From NCBI GenBank assembly GCA_964016885.1, contig OZ024740.1, forward strand, positions 51,894,001 through 51,958,000: 64,000 bases of DNA. The letters are read 5' to 3'. Source of the DNA: Eledone cirrhosa. Its lineage: Eukaryota. Positions 1 to 11,806 of this stretch are shown here, in pieces; the first letter of the stretch is position 1, and each line of letters starts with the position of its first letter. A model generated the notes under the pieces. That model ran no database searches. It saw only the letters and a program-made list of their open reading frames with translations, and was not told the DNA's origin. A program made the position numbers and the translations under genes.

Positions 1-1889
1 ACCATCGTTACCTGGATGCGGTGCTCGAGGCGGCAGGCTTCGGACCCGTGTTCAGGGGTTGGATTGCTGCAATGCACAACAGCAACATCTGCTCAAGAGT
101 TAAGGTGAACGGCTACCTTTCGGAGCCGTTCCATATTACGCGATCCATTCGACAGGGATGCCTTCTCTCCTCCCTTCTGTACGTACTGACTCTCGAGCCA
201 CTACTGCGGAGGTTGGAGCTATTGCAGGGCATCCCTCTGGAACCGGGACTACGGAAAGCGGCATCGGCCTACGCCGACGACGTGAGAGTAATGGTGTCGA
301 GCGCCTCGCAAATCGAGGAAGTCGGCACCTTACTGAAGGAATACGAAAGTTTCACAGGAGCGAAGCTGAACAGAGACAAGTCCATCGGTTTGCAACTCGG
401 ATCGTGGAGAGGCAAACCGATGCCTTCCGATGGCGTCGTCGGACGCTGGACGGAAGGACTGGTAAAGCTGCTCGGGTTCTGGTTTGGTCCGGACCTCCAG
501 GTGGAGAAGAACTGGAACGAAGTGACGGCCAATGTGTTTACACTCACCCAGAAGTGGGCCGAGTGCAAACTATCCTTGAAAGGTCGAGCGGAGGTGGCGA
601 ACACTTTTATAGCGTCCGCCATCTACTACCGCTTGACCGTCGTGCCTTGTCCAGCCAAAACGCTCGCCAAAATGGAGCGCGCGCTCTTCCAATTCCTTTG
701 GAAGAGGCGGGCTCCTTTGGTGAGAAGTTCCATCTGCTGCCAACACCCTTCTAACGGAGGGCTGGGGATGCCGTGGTTGACGATGCGCAAACACGCGCTC
801 AGGCTGCGGCATCTCTACGTATTCCTCACCGGACAACCGGTGTGGGCCCCGTTCGTGAGGCGAGCCTTCCCACGACTCGTCTCGCTGACCGAGCTGCAGT
901 CCTGGGTCAAGCAAAGACCGAGGAAAATGGGCGACTGGCACATCGAATGTGCTCAGGTGCTCACAGCCCTCTGGCAGGCGGACCCGGCGATCAGTGGAGA
1001 CTCCACTTCGTCATTTATAGAGGGTTGATCCGCAGCAAATGCGACGACGCGATCGGTGAAACTCTAGGCGTAGAGGAAGATGAACTGGCCAGTCTGTTCG
1101 GTAGGACCTTCCGCCCGGGACCGATGGACAACTTCCAAAAGTCCCTGGCCTGGCAGTGCTACCGAGCAGCTCTACCAGTACGAGACAAGCTCTACAGACA
1201 TGGGTGCTCGGGCAGGGACCCAGCAAAAAAGATCTGTCCGAGGTGCGTGCGAGACGAAGAAACCGTCGCGCACGCATTCATACACTGCCCCGGCGTCACT
1301 GACCTGTGGGGCTATGTAGAACGACTATTGTCGCGGGTGGGACCAATCCAGTTGACCACCGAGTCCATTGTCATGATCAAACCGCCACCCTCCTTCAAAA
1401 ACGAAGGAGAGGCGGGTTTCCTTTGTGTGATAGCTATGGCGAAAGAGGTTGTATGGTGGACAAGGTTGAAAGGGCTGAGGTCAGACACCTTTCTCTCCGG
1501 CCAACAACTGATTCTTTTTTTCAAATACCACTTTGGAAGAAGAATCAGGATGGAGAGAGAGGTGTTGTACCCCAGCAAGTTTTATGAAAGGTGGGTGAAA
1601 GTGGCGAGAATGGCCCGAGTGAATGGGCCTTCTCTCTATATCAGCCTGTAGGTTGAGGAAAAGGAGGAGGAGAGGAAAGGAGTACAAACTCTTCGTACTC
1701 CTGGAGATGAGAGTTGCACATTTTTTCGGGGGTATGTGTTACCCATATAAACTGTCTCCCTCTATTGGGGAATATCGACTAACTTTTTAAATTGCATTTG
1801 TGATAACATTTTACACGTTTTTATTGTATGTAAACTCCCCCCTTTGTATTTGTCCCCTTCTTTTGTGCCCTGTGGCTAATAAAGAAACA
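1..1889 (+). mobile_element. Tx1/L1-clade LINE, 3' part (RT C-terminus plus zf-RVT), cut by the window edge, one frameshift near 1015
   Basis: ORFs 21-1028 (SIRQGCLLSSLLY, AYADD, KLSLKGR, GGLG) and 773-1651 (CPRC...ETVAHAFIHC). 3' UTR ends AATAAAGAAACA and runs into (TATC)n. Collinear with the copy at 6598-9756. Confidence 0.92.
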
Positions 1890-1948
<59 letters not shown>

Positions 1949-1969
1949 GTATATATATATATATATATA

Positions 1970-2045
1970 CAGGGTGTTCCAAAGAAATGTATACACACTG
2001 ATTAGAATGCTGTTGAGGTGTGTATACATTTTTGGGGACGCCCTG
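1970..2045. mobile_element. 76-bp palindromic Tc1/mariner-type MITE
   Basis: CAGGGTGTTCC...GGACGCCCTG inverted termini, TA on both sides. Second copy at 6160-6235. Confidence 0.7.
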
Positions 2046-2250
2046 TATGTGTATGTGTATGTATATGTTTCCATTTCAGGTAGACGCGCTCCATCATCCA
2101 CTTTTCTAAAAAATAAATCATACACAAAACGCCAGCACCAACAGTTTTGCAAGAGATGTCAACATGAATGGACCTGTTATTTTTATCTAAAGACATTTTT
2201 TCCAATTCCAACCCGTCCGTCCCCCCAAATCTATCTTATTTCTCATTCTT

Positions 2251-2286
2251 TCTTCTGATGAAGGACTAGCGTCCGAAACGTTAAGA
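2251..2286 (+). ncRNA. Minimal type I hammerhead ribozyme motif in a PLE pseudo-LTR-like repeat
   Basis: TCTT-CTGATGA-A-GGAC(TAGC)GTCC-GAAA-CG-TT-AAGA: helix I TCTT/AAGA, helix II GGAC/GTCC, palindromic AACGTT at helix III. Paralog on the minus strand at 38213-38248 shares the downstream tail. Confidence 0.72.
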
Positions 2287-2375
2287 CCCTCTTCCTGCTA
2301 TATCAAGCGTTAACCTAATATATACCTTCCATATACTGTACCGATTGTGTTGTTATTTCTGTTTACCTTTTACAT

Positions 2376-2437
<62 letters not shown>

Positions 2438-2481
2438 AAAGGATATATATATATATATATATATCCAGAGTTGGGCTAGAT

Positions 2482-3376
2482 CAGAGTTTCCCAAACTTTT
2501 TCAGGCTGGCGCCCCCTTGGCTTCCAGATAGATTCCTAGCATCCCCTCTCCCATTATACACATGCGAGCTTTTTTTTTCAAAGTGAAAACAACAATATTA
2601 AACACAAAATATGTATTTCAAAAATAATAATTAATTTAATAAACCATTTTATTTGGTCTCCACAATTACCCCCAATACACACATGCGAGCATTTTTTTGT
2701 TTGTTTCAAATTGAAAACAACAATATTAAACACAGAATATGTATTGAAAAATACTAATTAATTTAATAAACCATTTTATTTAGTTTTCACAATTACTTCT
2801 AATGGGATGGGTGTACTTGGTGTAAGGATATTAGTTTCTCCACATCAGGCTGGAACTCACTAAGAAGTCGTAGATCCCCACGTTCAGTAATTTTAAGTCT
2901 GTTCCTTTGCTTGGAATGAAGCAAGGCAACTGCACTGAAGCCTCGTTCTACCAAATATGATGTTGGAAAGGCAATAAAATATATCTTCACCTTGTTCCAT
3001 AATACTGGATAGAAGTCAGAGATTTTTTTTGTAACCAAAAATCTTGATATGATTTCTTGAACTTTGGCCTTAGCTCAATGTCGTTTTGGATTGAAACTAA
3101 TTCTTCCTCTGCCTCTCCTGTTTCCTCACTGCTGACATCTAAGAATGGATTGATTACCCAGTCTGGTATTTTAATAAAAATGAAATCTTTCAGACATGTC
3201 TCTTTGCAACTTTTCCAGGTGAGCACAATACACTTGAAGGTCATCATCTGATATGCTCTTCTCTTTATCCAATTCAGAGAGGCTTGGGAACTGGTAGAGT
3301 TCATGACGGGCTAACCGCCCCCCGATATCAAAGCACCGCCCCCAGGGGGCGGTACCGCCCACTTTGGGAAACAATG
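2482..3376 (-). mobile_element. Internally deleted hAT (Buster/Charlie-type) DNA transposon with transposase C-terminal remnant
   Basis: TIRs CAGAGTTTCCCAAACT and (reverse complement) CATTGTTTCCCAAAGT. 8-bp TSD GGCTAGAT (2474-2481, 3377-3384) with central TA. Minus-strand peptide FPTSYLVERGFSAV...KQRNRL...RGDLRL...HQVHPSH. Confidence 0.9.
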
Positions 3377-3589
3377 GGCTAGATCAATACAGATCAACTT
3401 TGAACTGATCAATAGGGAAACGTGCAGCCCTACTCCACCACCAACACCACATATTTTAAACTCCTGTCAAATAATTCAACAAAAGCACACCACCAAAAAA
3501 AAAAAAAAGTGAGATCTCCCCTACACCCCGGGGGTTCAAAATGTTGGGGAGGGGATAGATAACTTTGTCGTTCTTTATAGATGAAAACA

Positions 3590-3935
3590 TTTGTTGGTCT
3601 AGTGAGAGAGGAGGAATTGTGAGAGAGAGTGAGGTTTGTAGTGGAATATAGAGAGAGGGAGAGAATTTGGTGGTCTAGTGAGAGAGGGGGAATTGTGAGA
3701 GAGGGTGAGGTATGTAGTAGAATATAGAGAGAGGGAAAGAATTTGTTGGTTTAGTGAGAGAGGGAGAATTAAGAGAGTGAAAGAGTGTTAGATATGGAGT
3801 GGAATCTAGAGAGGGGAGATAATTTGCTGGTCTAGTGAGAGAGAGGGGGAATTGTAAGAGAGTGTGAGGTATATAGAGTGTTATACAGAAGGGAAGAGAG
3901 TCTATTTGCCTAGTGAGAGAGAAGGTATTGTGAAA
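3590..3935. repeat. Degenerate purine-rich minisatellite (~70-80-bp units)
   Basis: About five units starting TGGTCTAGTGAGAGAG..GAATTGTGAGAGAG. Confidence 0.7.
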
Positions 3936-4197
3936 GCGATTGAGAGTGAGATATTGAGAGGGGGGAGTGAATTGAATGGGCCAGAAAAATGTTTTAATAT
4001 TGGGTTTCACTGTAAAGTGGGTGTGTATATATGAATGCGTGTTTGTATGTTTCTATATATAGATATGTGTGTGTGTGTGTGCATGTGTGTGTTTATATGT
4101 ATGTGCGTGCGTATTTATATATATGTGTGTGTTCATAGACATATTTTTTGTATATACATATATCCAGCGAATTTCAACCGTTGAGGTTGTCTTTTTT

Positions 4198-4429
4198 CCG
4201 GGTATGTCAATATTTATTTATAAAACAAATCTGTATTTTATCTGATGAAAGCGCACCATAATTTACCTTGGTCGCCCTTGAAATATATATAATAAAATAA
4301 TTATGGTTTTATAAATATAGTTTCCATTTATTAATATATTGTATATTTATCCCACTAGTTGTTGAGTGCTTTATATCAATTATAAAAATGTTTAAGCTTA
4401 TTGAATCCCAACAAATTAAATATAACCTC

Positions 4430-4467
<38 letters not shown>

Positions 4468-4700
4468 AAAGTTCTATTTAAATTGTTGGGATACAACAAG
4501 CAAATATTTTTATAACTGATATAAAGCACTCAACAAGTATTTGGAGTAAACATACGATATTAACAATTGGAAACTATATTTATAAAACCATATTTATTTC
4601 ATTATACATATTTCAAGGATACCAAGTTAAATTATGGTGTGCTTTCATCAGACAAAATATAATATAGATCAGTTTTATAAATAAATATTGACATACCCTT
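4198..4700. repeat. ~235-bp tail-to-tail inverted repeat centred on (TA)n, each arm carrying a hammerhead motif
   Basis: GGGTATGTCAATATTTATTTATAAAAC at 4200 mirrors GTTTTATAAATAAATATTGACATACCC ending 4698. The arms stay collinear up to (TA)n at ~4433-4464. Confidence 0.88.
4234..4299 (+). ncRNA. Type I hammerhead ribozyme motif
   Basis: Helix I TATTTTAT/ATAAAATA (8 bp), CTGATGA, helix II AAG..ACCA/TGGT..CTT, GAAA-T(ATAT)A-TA cleavage triplet. Mirror copy at ~4597-4659 on the minus strand. Confidence 0.72.
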
Positions 4701-5283
4701 AAAAAATGCAACCATTACTGTTGGAAGCTCCCGGATAGTGGAGTTGTTTACTTACATTATTATTAGTATTGGATATTTTTATTTTTAAAATAAGCCGTTG
4801 GGTTATAGAGAAAGAAAAAGAAGGTGAGAGAGAAAAAAGAGAGAAAGAAATATATATATGGCATACGTCAAGACGGGCGGTCTCAAAAGTGAAACTAATT
4901 TTAGACATGTGTGTATATATATGTGTGTGTGTATGTATATATATTCGTGTGTTTGTATATATATATGTTTGTGTCATCATCATCGTTTAACGTCTATCTT
5001 CCACGCAAGCATGGGTTTAGACGCATATATATGTTTGTGTGTATATATGTGTTTGTGTGTATATATATGTGTGTTTGTGTGTATATATATGTGTCTGTAT
5101 ATATATATATATGTGTATGTATATATATATTTATGCACACATACACATTTGTATGAATTTGTAGATGTATATATATATGCATGTACACAATTGTATGTTT
5201 TTAAAAAAAAATAATGACATTGTGTGTGAAAGTAAATTGTCAAAAATTAGTTTCACTTTTGAGACCGCCCGTCTTGACGTATG

Positions 5284-5328
<45 letters not shown>

Positions 5329-5330
<2 letters not shown>

Positions 5331-5424
5331 CGAAGGAAATGTGGTAAGGAACCAGGTGGACCATAACGCACCAAAGTACTCAATACTTAGGGTAGTAGAG
5401 TGGGTAATAGGAACGAGTAGGACC

Positions 5425-5427
<3 letters not shown>
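5329..5427 (+). mobile_element. Truncated copy of the foldback element family (see 58973-59167)
   Basis: GAAGGAAATGTGGTAAGGAACCAGGTGGACCATAACGCACC...GTAGGACCCC between (TA)n tracts. Confidence 0.75.
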
Positions 5428-5492
<65 letters not shown>

Positions 5493-5754
5493 TAGTGTTT
5501 TTATATATGTGTGTGTGTGTTAGTGTTTTTATATATGTGTGTGTGTTTATCTATATATATGTATGTGTGTTTATATAAGTGTGTGTTTATTGATATATGT
5601 GTGTGTATATGTGTATGTGCGTGTATATGTATGTGAGTGTGCGTGTGTATATCAGTTTGTGCGTTTGTATATATATATATGTGTGCGTGTTTGTGTTGGT
5701 ATACATATATATATGTGTGTATGTTTGTGTTTATATGTGTATTTATGTCCGTGA

Positions 5755-6058
5755 AAGCGTGTGGTTAGGGTATTTGGCTCACAATTTTAAGGTTGTGAGA
5801 TCGATAGTGGCAGCGCATTTTGTCCTTGAGCAAGACACTTTATTTCACGTTGCTCCAGTCCACTCAGCTGGCAAAAATGAGTTGTACCTGTAATTCGAAG
5901 GACCAGCCTTGTCACACACCGTCTCACTGAATTTTCCTGAGAACTACGTAAAGGGTACGCGTGTCTGGAATGCTCAGCCACTTGCATATTCATTTCACGA
6001 GTAGGCTGTTCTGTTGATAGTATCAAGTGGAATACTCATCGTCGTAACCGACGAAGTG
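5755..6058 (+). mobile_element. tRNA-derived SINE (family B)
   Basis: A/B-box-like head (GTGGTTAGGG...GATCGAT) followed by the conserved TGTCCTTGAGCAAGACACTTTATTTCACGTTGCTCCAGT core. Related copies at 13697-14045, 40226-40500 and 62760-62911(-). Confidence 0.7.
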
Positions 6059-6113
6059 ACCTCATTTTATGTTTATATATAGGTGTATGCCTGTGTGTGT
6101 GTGTCTATGTATC

Positions 6114-6159
<46 letters not shown>

Positions 6160-6162
<3 letters not shown>

Positions 6163-6235
6163 GGTGTCCCAAAGAAATGTATACACACTGATTACAATGC
6201 TGTTGAGGTGTGTATACATTTTTTGGGACGCCCTG
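6160..6235. mobile_element. 76-bp palindromic Tc1/mariner-type MITE, second copy
   Basis: CAGGGTGTCCC...GGGACGCCCTG, near-identical to 1970-2045. Confidence 0.7.
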
Positions 6236-6257
6236 TATATATGTGTGAGTGTGTATG

Positions 6258-6289
<32 letters not shown>

Positions 6290-6597
6290 CGTGTGTGCAT
6301 ATGTGTATGTATATATATATATATATACGTGTGTGTGTGTGTGTGTATTTATATACATATATGTGAGGGTGTGTCACACACACATCCTGTCCTAACAAGT
6401 TATATGATATACATGACTTAATATTCAGTCACCAAATTTCAGTGAGATACAGTAATGCTGTATTCGATTCTTTGAAGTCACCTGTTATAATTTCATTCAA
6501 CAACACCACTAGCTCTGTCTCTCTTTCATTTTTCCTTTTCTCTCTCTCTCTCTGACTCTATCTCTTTGTTTCTCTCTTTGTTTCTCTCTATCTATGA

Positions 6598-9500
6598 TAG
6601 ATTTCGACTAGATTTTCCGACGGTGCCAACCTGGTCTTGGTCAAATCGCAGCGGATCATCTAGGTCGTACCTAGATAGATTTTTAGTTAGAAATAAGGAC
6701 AGGGACTTTTTAAGTTGTCCAGAAATGCTGATGGTTGGCTATTCAGACCACAAGTTGGTGACCTGCATGGTCAACCTTGATAGAACGCATAGACAGGGCC
6801 CCGGTTACTGGAAGCTCAACTTGTCCTTGCCGGCAAGTAGAGCTTACAGGGATCGGATTAGTACGTTAGTTAAGGAACGGTTGACTGGAGCGATCGTCAA
6901 CAGCAGGTGGTGGGTATCTCTAAAGAGAGAGATTAGAGTAGTCTCGATAGAATTTAGTAAGGTTCTAGCTGCGGATAGGAATAGGAAGGAAAGGGAGCTA
7001 ATAGATAGAGTAGAAGAGGCAATTAGAAGCGGCGACGTGGCCAGAGTGCTAGCGTCGAGAACGGCTTTGAGCCAGTTTTTCGACGCGAAGCACGAAGGCT
7101 GCGTTGTCCGAAGTAAAATACGTGCTCTAGGGAACGAGGGGACCAAAGCTGTTAGCTGGGCCCGCGTGACAGAGGCCAACAGTGGAACTAAATCCACCAT
7201 CCGGTCTTTGCGAGACCAGGATGGACGGGCGATTCTTGAGCCTAAGCAGATGTGTGAGGCCTTTCAAAGGCACTTTACCCGACTGTTCGGAAGGGGCGGG
7301 GAGCCGGTTGGGGATGTGGACTTCAGTCCATACCTCGACGGCCTGCCGCGTCTCTCGGACAGGGAGGCGAAGTCCTGCGAGGAGCCGATTTCGGCCGCTG
7401 AGATAGAGGACGTGCTGAGCCAATGCGGCAAACGCAAATCCCCGGGTCTCGATGGTCTTCCATACGAATTATATCTAGCTATGCCGGACTTGTTCCCCGA
7501 TCTCCTCGAGGCGGTCTACTGCAACTGGCAACAGAACGGGAGAATTCCCTGTACTGTGACCAAGGGCGTAGTCACGCTAGTGAGGAAGGACGAGAACAAG
7601 GGGGACGAAATAAGTAACTTCAGGCCCATAACTCTGCTAAATACAGAGTTACAGATTTTGGCCAAGGTGCTAGCAAAGAGGTTGGCGCTTGTCGTGGGCA
7701 ACCTGGTGGGAGATGCGCAGACATGTGCTATCCCGTCCAGGTCCATCCATGACAACCTCCACCTCATGCGATACATCATAGAGAGGGTAGGGTGTAAACC
7801 CGGCTTCGGTGGGGCCCTGATTAACTTGGATCAGTCTAAGGCTTTCGATAGGGTTGACCATCGTTACCTGGATGCGGTGCTCGAGGCGGCAGGCTTCGGA
7901 CCCGTGTTCAGGGGTTGGATTGCTGCAATGCACAGCAGCCGCATCTGCTCTAGGGTCAAGGTGAACGGATACCTCTCGGAGCCGTTCAAAATCGCGCGGT
8001 CCATCCGACAAGAGTGCCCTCTCTCCCCCCTTCTGTATGTGTTGACTCTCGAGCCACTACTGCGGAAGTTGGAGTTGTTGCAGGGCATCCCTTTGGAACC
8101 GGGATTGCGGAAAGCGGTGTCTGCCTACGCCGATGACGTGACAGTAATGGTGTCGACGGCCTCCGAAATCGGGGCGGTCGGCACCTTACTGGAGGAGTAC
8201 GAAAGGTTCACAGGGGCTAAGCTGAATCGGTTTGCAACTCGGCACGTGGAGGGGCAGACCGATGCCCTCCGATGGCGTCGTCGGACGCTGGACGGAGGGC
8301 CCGGTGAAGTTGCTCGAGGTCTGGTTCGGACCGGACCTCCAGGTGGAGAAGAACTGGGCGGAGGTTACGAACAGGGTGTTTGCACTGACCCAGAAGTGGG
8401 CCAGTTGCAAACTATCCCTGAAAGGTCGGGCGGAGGTGGCGAACACCTATATAGCGTCCGTCATCTACTACCGCCTGACCGTAGTGCCCTGCCCAAGGGA
8501 AACCCTCGCCAAGATGGAGCGCGCGCTCTTCCAATTCCTTTGGAAGAGGCGGGCTCCCTTGGTGAGGAGATCCATCTGCTGTCAACTCCCTTCGAAAGGA
8601 GGGCTGGAGATGCCGTGGCTAATGATGCGTAAACATGCATTAAGGCTACGGCACCTCCACGTATTCCTCCCCGGTCAACCGGTGTGGGCCTCGTTTGTGA
8701 GACGAACCTTTCCCAGACTCGTCTCACTCACCGAGCTGCAATCCTGGGTCAAGCAAAGACCGAGAAAACTGGGCGCCTGGCACACTGAGTGTGCCCAGGC
8801 GCTCACCGCCCTCTGGCAGGCGGATCCGGTTATCAGTGGAGACTCCACCGCAACATTCTATAGAGGGCTGGTACGCAGCAGGTGCGACGACGCCCTCGGA
8901 GAAGCCCTAGACATGGAGGAGGACGAACTGGCCAGCCTGTTCGGTAGGACATTCAGCCCGGGACCTATGGACAACTTCCAGAAGTCCCTGGCCTGGCAGT
9001 GCTACCGAGGGGCTCTACCCGTTCGAGAAAAGCTCTACAGACACGGGCGCCCGGGTAGGGACCCCGCCAAAAAGATCTGTCCCAGATGCGTGTGCGACGA
9101 GGAAACCGTTGCACACGCATTGGTACACTGCTCGGGCGTAGCCGATCTGTGGGGCTATGTCGAACAAGTGCTGTCAAGGGTGGGACCGATCCGGTTGACC
9201 ACCGAGTCTATTGTAATGATCAAGCCGCCTCCCCCCTTCAAAGATGAAGGAGAGGCGGTGTTTCTGTGCGTAATAGCCATGGTGAAAGAAGTTGTATGGT
9301 GGACGCGTCTGAAAGGACTGAGGTCAGGCACCTTTCTCTCTGGCCAACAACTGGTCCGTTTCTTCCGATATGATTTCGGAAGAAGGATCAGGATGGAGAG
9401 AGAGGTGCTCCACCCCAGTCGTTTTTATGAAAGGTGGGTGAAAGTGGCGAGAATGGCTCGTGTGAATGGGCCTTCTCTTTACATAAGCCTGTAGGTGGAA

Positions 9501-9756
9501 AAGAGGAAGGAACGAGGGAGCACCCCCTCTCTGTGCTCCTGAGGAGAAGGGTTGCACACTTTTTTCGGGGGTGTGTGCGACCCCCAAAGCGCCTCCTCTC
9601 TATTGAGGATTTTGTTATAATTTTATTTTTTGTTATATTTTATTTTATTTTTATATATTGTTATTGCCTCCTCCCTATTGAGGACGCCTTGTTTTGTAAA
9701 CTCCCCCCATTGTACTTGTCCCACTTTTGATGCCCTGGTGGCAAATAAAAGAAACA
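6598..9756 (+). mobile_element. 5'-truncated Tx1/L1-clade LINE ORF2 (APE C-terminus, RT, zf-RVT) with a 14-nt frameshifting deletion near 8227
   Basis: ORF 6566-8632 (SYLDRFLV, YSDH, GPGYWKLN, KSPGLDGLP, NFRPITLLN, LDQSKAFDRV, YADD) and ORF 8232-9494 (CPRC...HC). 9-bp TSD TATCTATGA at 6589-6597 and 9757-9765. Confidence 0.93.
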
Positions 9757-10621
9757 TATCTATGAAGGTAACCGGAAATCCCTGAATCTCGGGAACACGT
9801 GCTCCAATTTACGTGAAACTTTATTCCATTTGGAATAGAATGAAACGAAATTTCATTTCTCACTCTTAGTACGGCAGTTACTTAAACGTAAGTATGTATG
9901 TATACGTACACACATATATGTATACAGACGTACAGTAGTATGTATATATATACATACATGCACACACATATATATGCATGTATCGGTTTACCGAACATTT
10001 ATTATAATGCTCGGTTTGTTTGTAAACAAACAAACAGCCCGAATTACGCCGTTTTGTTCAACACTGACACAGGAACGATGTACTAGTTTCAAGCTTATTA
10101 GCTATCGTCAGCATCGTATACCTTCCTGCCAGATGGTTGAACGTCTGAAAGTATATACTTTCCTTATGCATATTAACGGCTGAGCAGCCTAATTTGCATA
10201 TCGAGTGAGTTTAGTCGGCCGGGCCGACAAGCATACAATCACAGAGTGTTAGTAGTATACTAGACCACCCGTGACCCGCTGGGTCATGTACACTTAAAAG
10301 TGTTTTTTTAAAATCATGTTTACTTAAAAATATTTTTTAAATAATTAAAATATATACAGACATGTATATAATGTAAAATGAAATTTTCAATCTACTCTCT
10401 CACAATCACTATCTCTTTCTCTTTCTCTTTCTCTCTCTCTGTTTATGAAGGTACCAGGAAAAAGCCCCGTATCTTGGGAGCTCGTCCTCTGATTTACACG
10501 AAACTTGTTTTATTCCATTTCTATTCCTATTTCAGGGGCAACTTCCTTTCAAAATATTTTCCCATTATGTGCTGTTTTGGCGTATTAATTACAGACAAAC
10601 ACACAATCACAGTCTTAGTAG

Positions 10622-11806
10622 TATCATCATCATCATCATCATCATCATCGTTTAACGTCCATGTTCCACGCTTGCATGGGTTTGGACGGGAGTTTTCCCA
10701 CTTGAGGCAAGAGTGGTTGTCTAGCTCGCATAGGACTGTCTGGCGGGTTTTCCACAGCTGGATGCCCTTCCTAAACCAACCACGTTTACAGTGTGGGACT
10801 GGGAGGTTTTTACCGTGTTGCCTACACGGCCACATTACAGCGTGGACTGTGTGTTTTTTTTGTCGTGACACCTACACGATCTCATTTGTTTTGGCCTGGA
10901 TGTTGTGGCACCAACATAACTTTACATTGAAAGGGGCGGTGTGGATGGGACGGGGTGGTGGGGGATATATTTTGTTAGAGATGCCTACTGACTGTAGTAG
11001 GTTTTACTTTGTATTTAGGTAAGGCGGGTCTTCTCTATTACTGAGTACCACCAAAGATCTCGGTCCAGTAACATTGTCTTGGAGAGGTGTAAGTGTGTGA
11101 GGTCGGAATTTATCAGGTCGTCCCAGGTTTTTCTGGGTCTGCCTACTCCGTGGCTACCGTCTATCTTTATTGCCCTGCACTTTTTTATACAGCTGTCGTC
11201 TTTCATGCGCATCATGTGACCATACCAATGTAGCCTTCTCTCGAGTAAACAACATCTGATCCCTCTTATTTCTAATTTTTCCCTTAGTTCGTTTATGCTT
11301 TGCCGTTCGCGTATATTACTATTACACATCCAGCGGATCATGCAAGCTTCGTTCCTCTCTAGTCTGCGTATATCCTCTGCACACAATGCCCAGGTCTCAC
11401 TGCCATGCAACATTGCTGTTCGTATGCAGGCATCATACAGCCTGCCTTTCATTTTTAGGGAGAACACTTTAGCGGCTAATAGTGGTATAAGCTCTCTGAA
11501 CTTTTTCCATCCAGTTCTGACTCTAGCTTCTGTACTTTCAGAGCACCCTCCCCCACTGCTGATTTTGTCACCCAGGTAACGGAAGCTGTCCACTATTTCT
11601 ATAGAACCCTCTGCGCAATTGAAAGAGCTAGTATTTTGTGGGCACTTGCTGCTACTTATTGCACCAGAGCACCGGCCACATGTAAAATCTGTGTTCTTAG
11701 TTAGCTTACCTGTGATCCCCTACATCTTTTATGCACCCATATTTTGCATTTGGGACATAAAATGAAGTTTCTACCTACTCCTTTCCTACACACTGAGCAT
11801 GGCCAT
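10622..11806 (-). mobile_element. 5'-truncated RTE LINE, same family as 55114-58959
   Basis: Minus ORF 11015-11593 (DSFRYLGD...LHGSETW...WYGH...GRPRKTW) nearly matches the C-terminus of the 1092-aa ORF. Shared 3' UTR and (TGA)n tail. Confidence 0.93.

Noticed and set aside
4699-6421. Many 60-150-aa ORFs such as YIYIYI, CVCVCV and HTHTHT here and throughout the window
   Set aside because: They are translations of (TA)n, (TG)n and (GA)n microsatellites, not genes.
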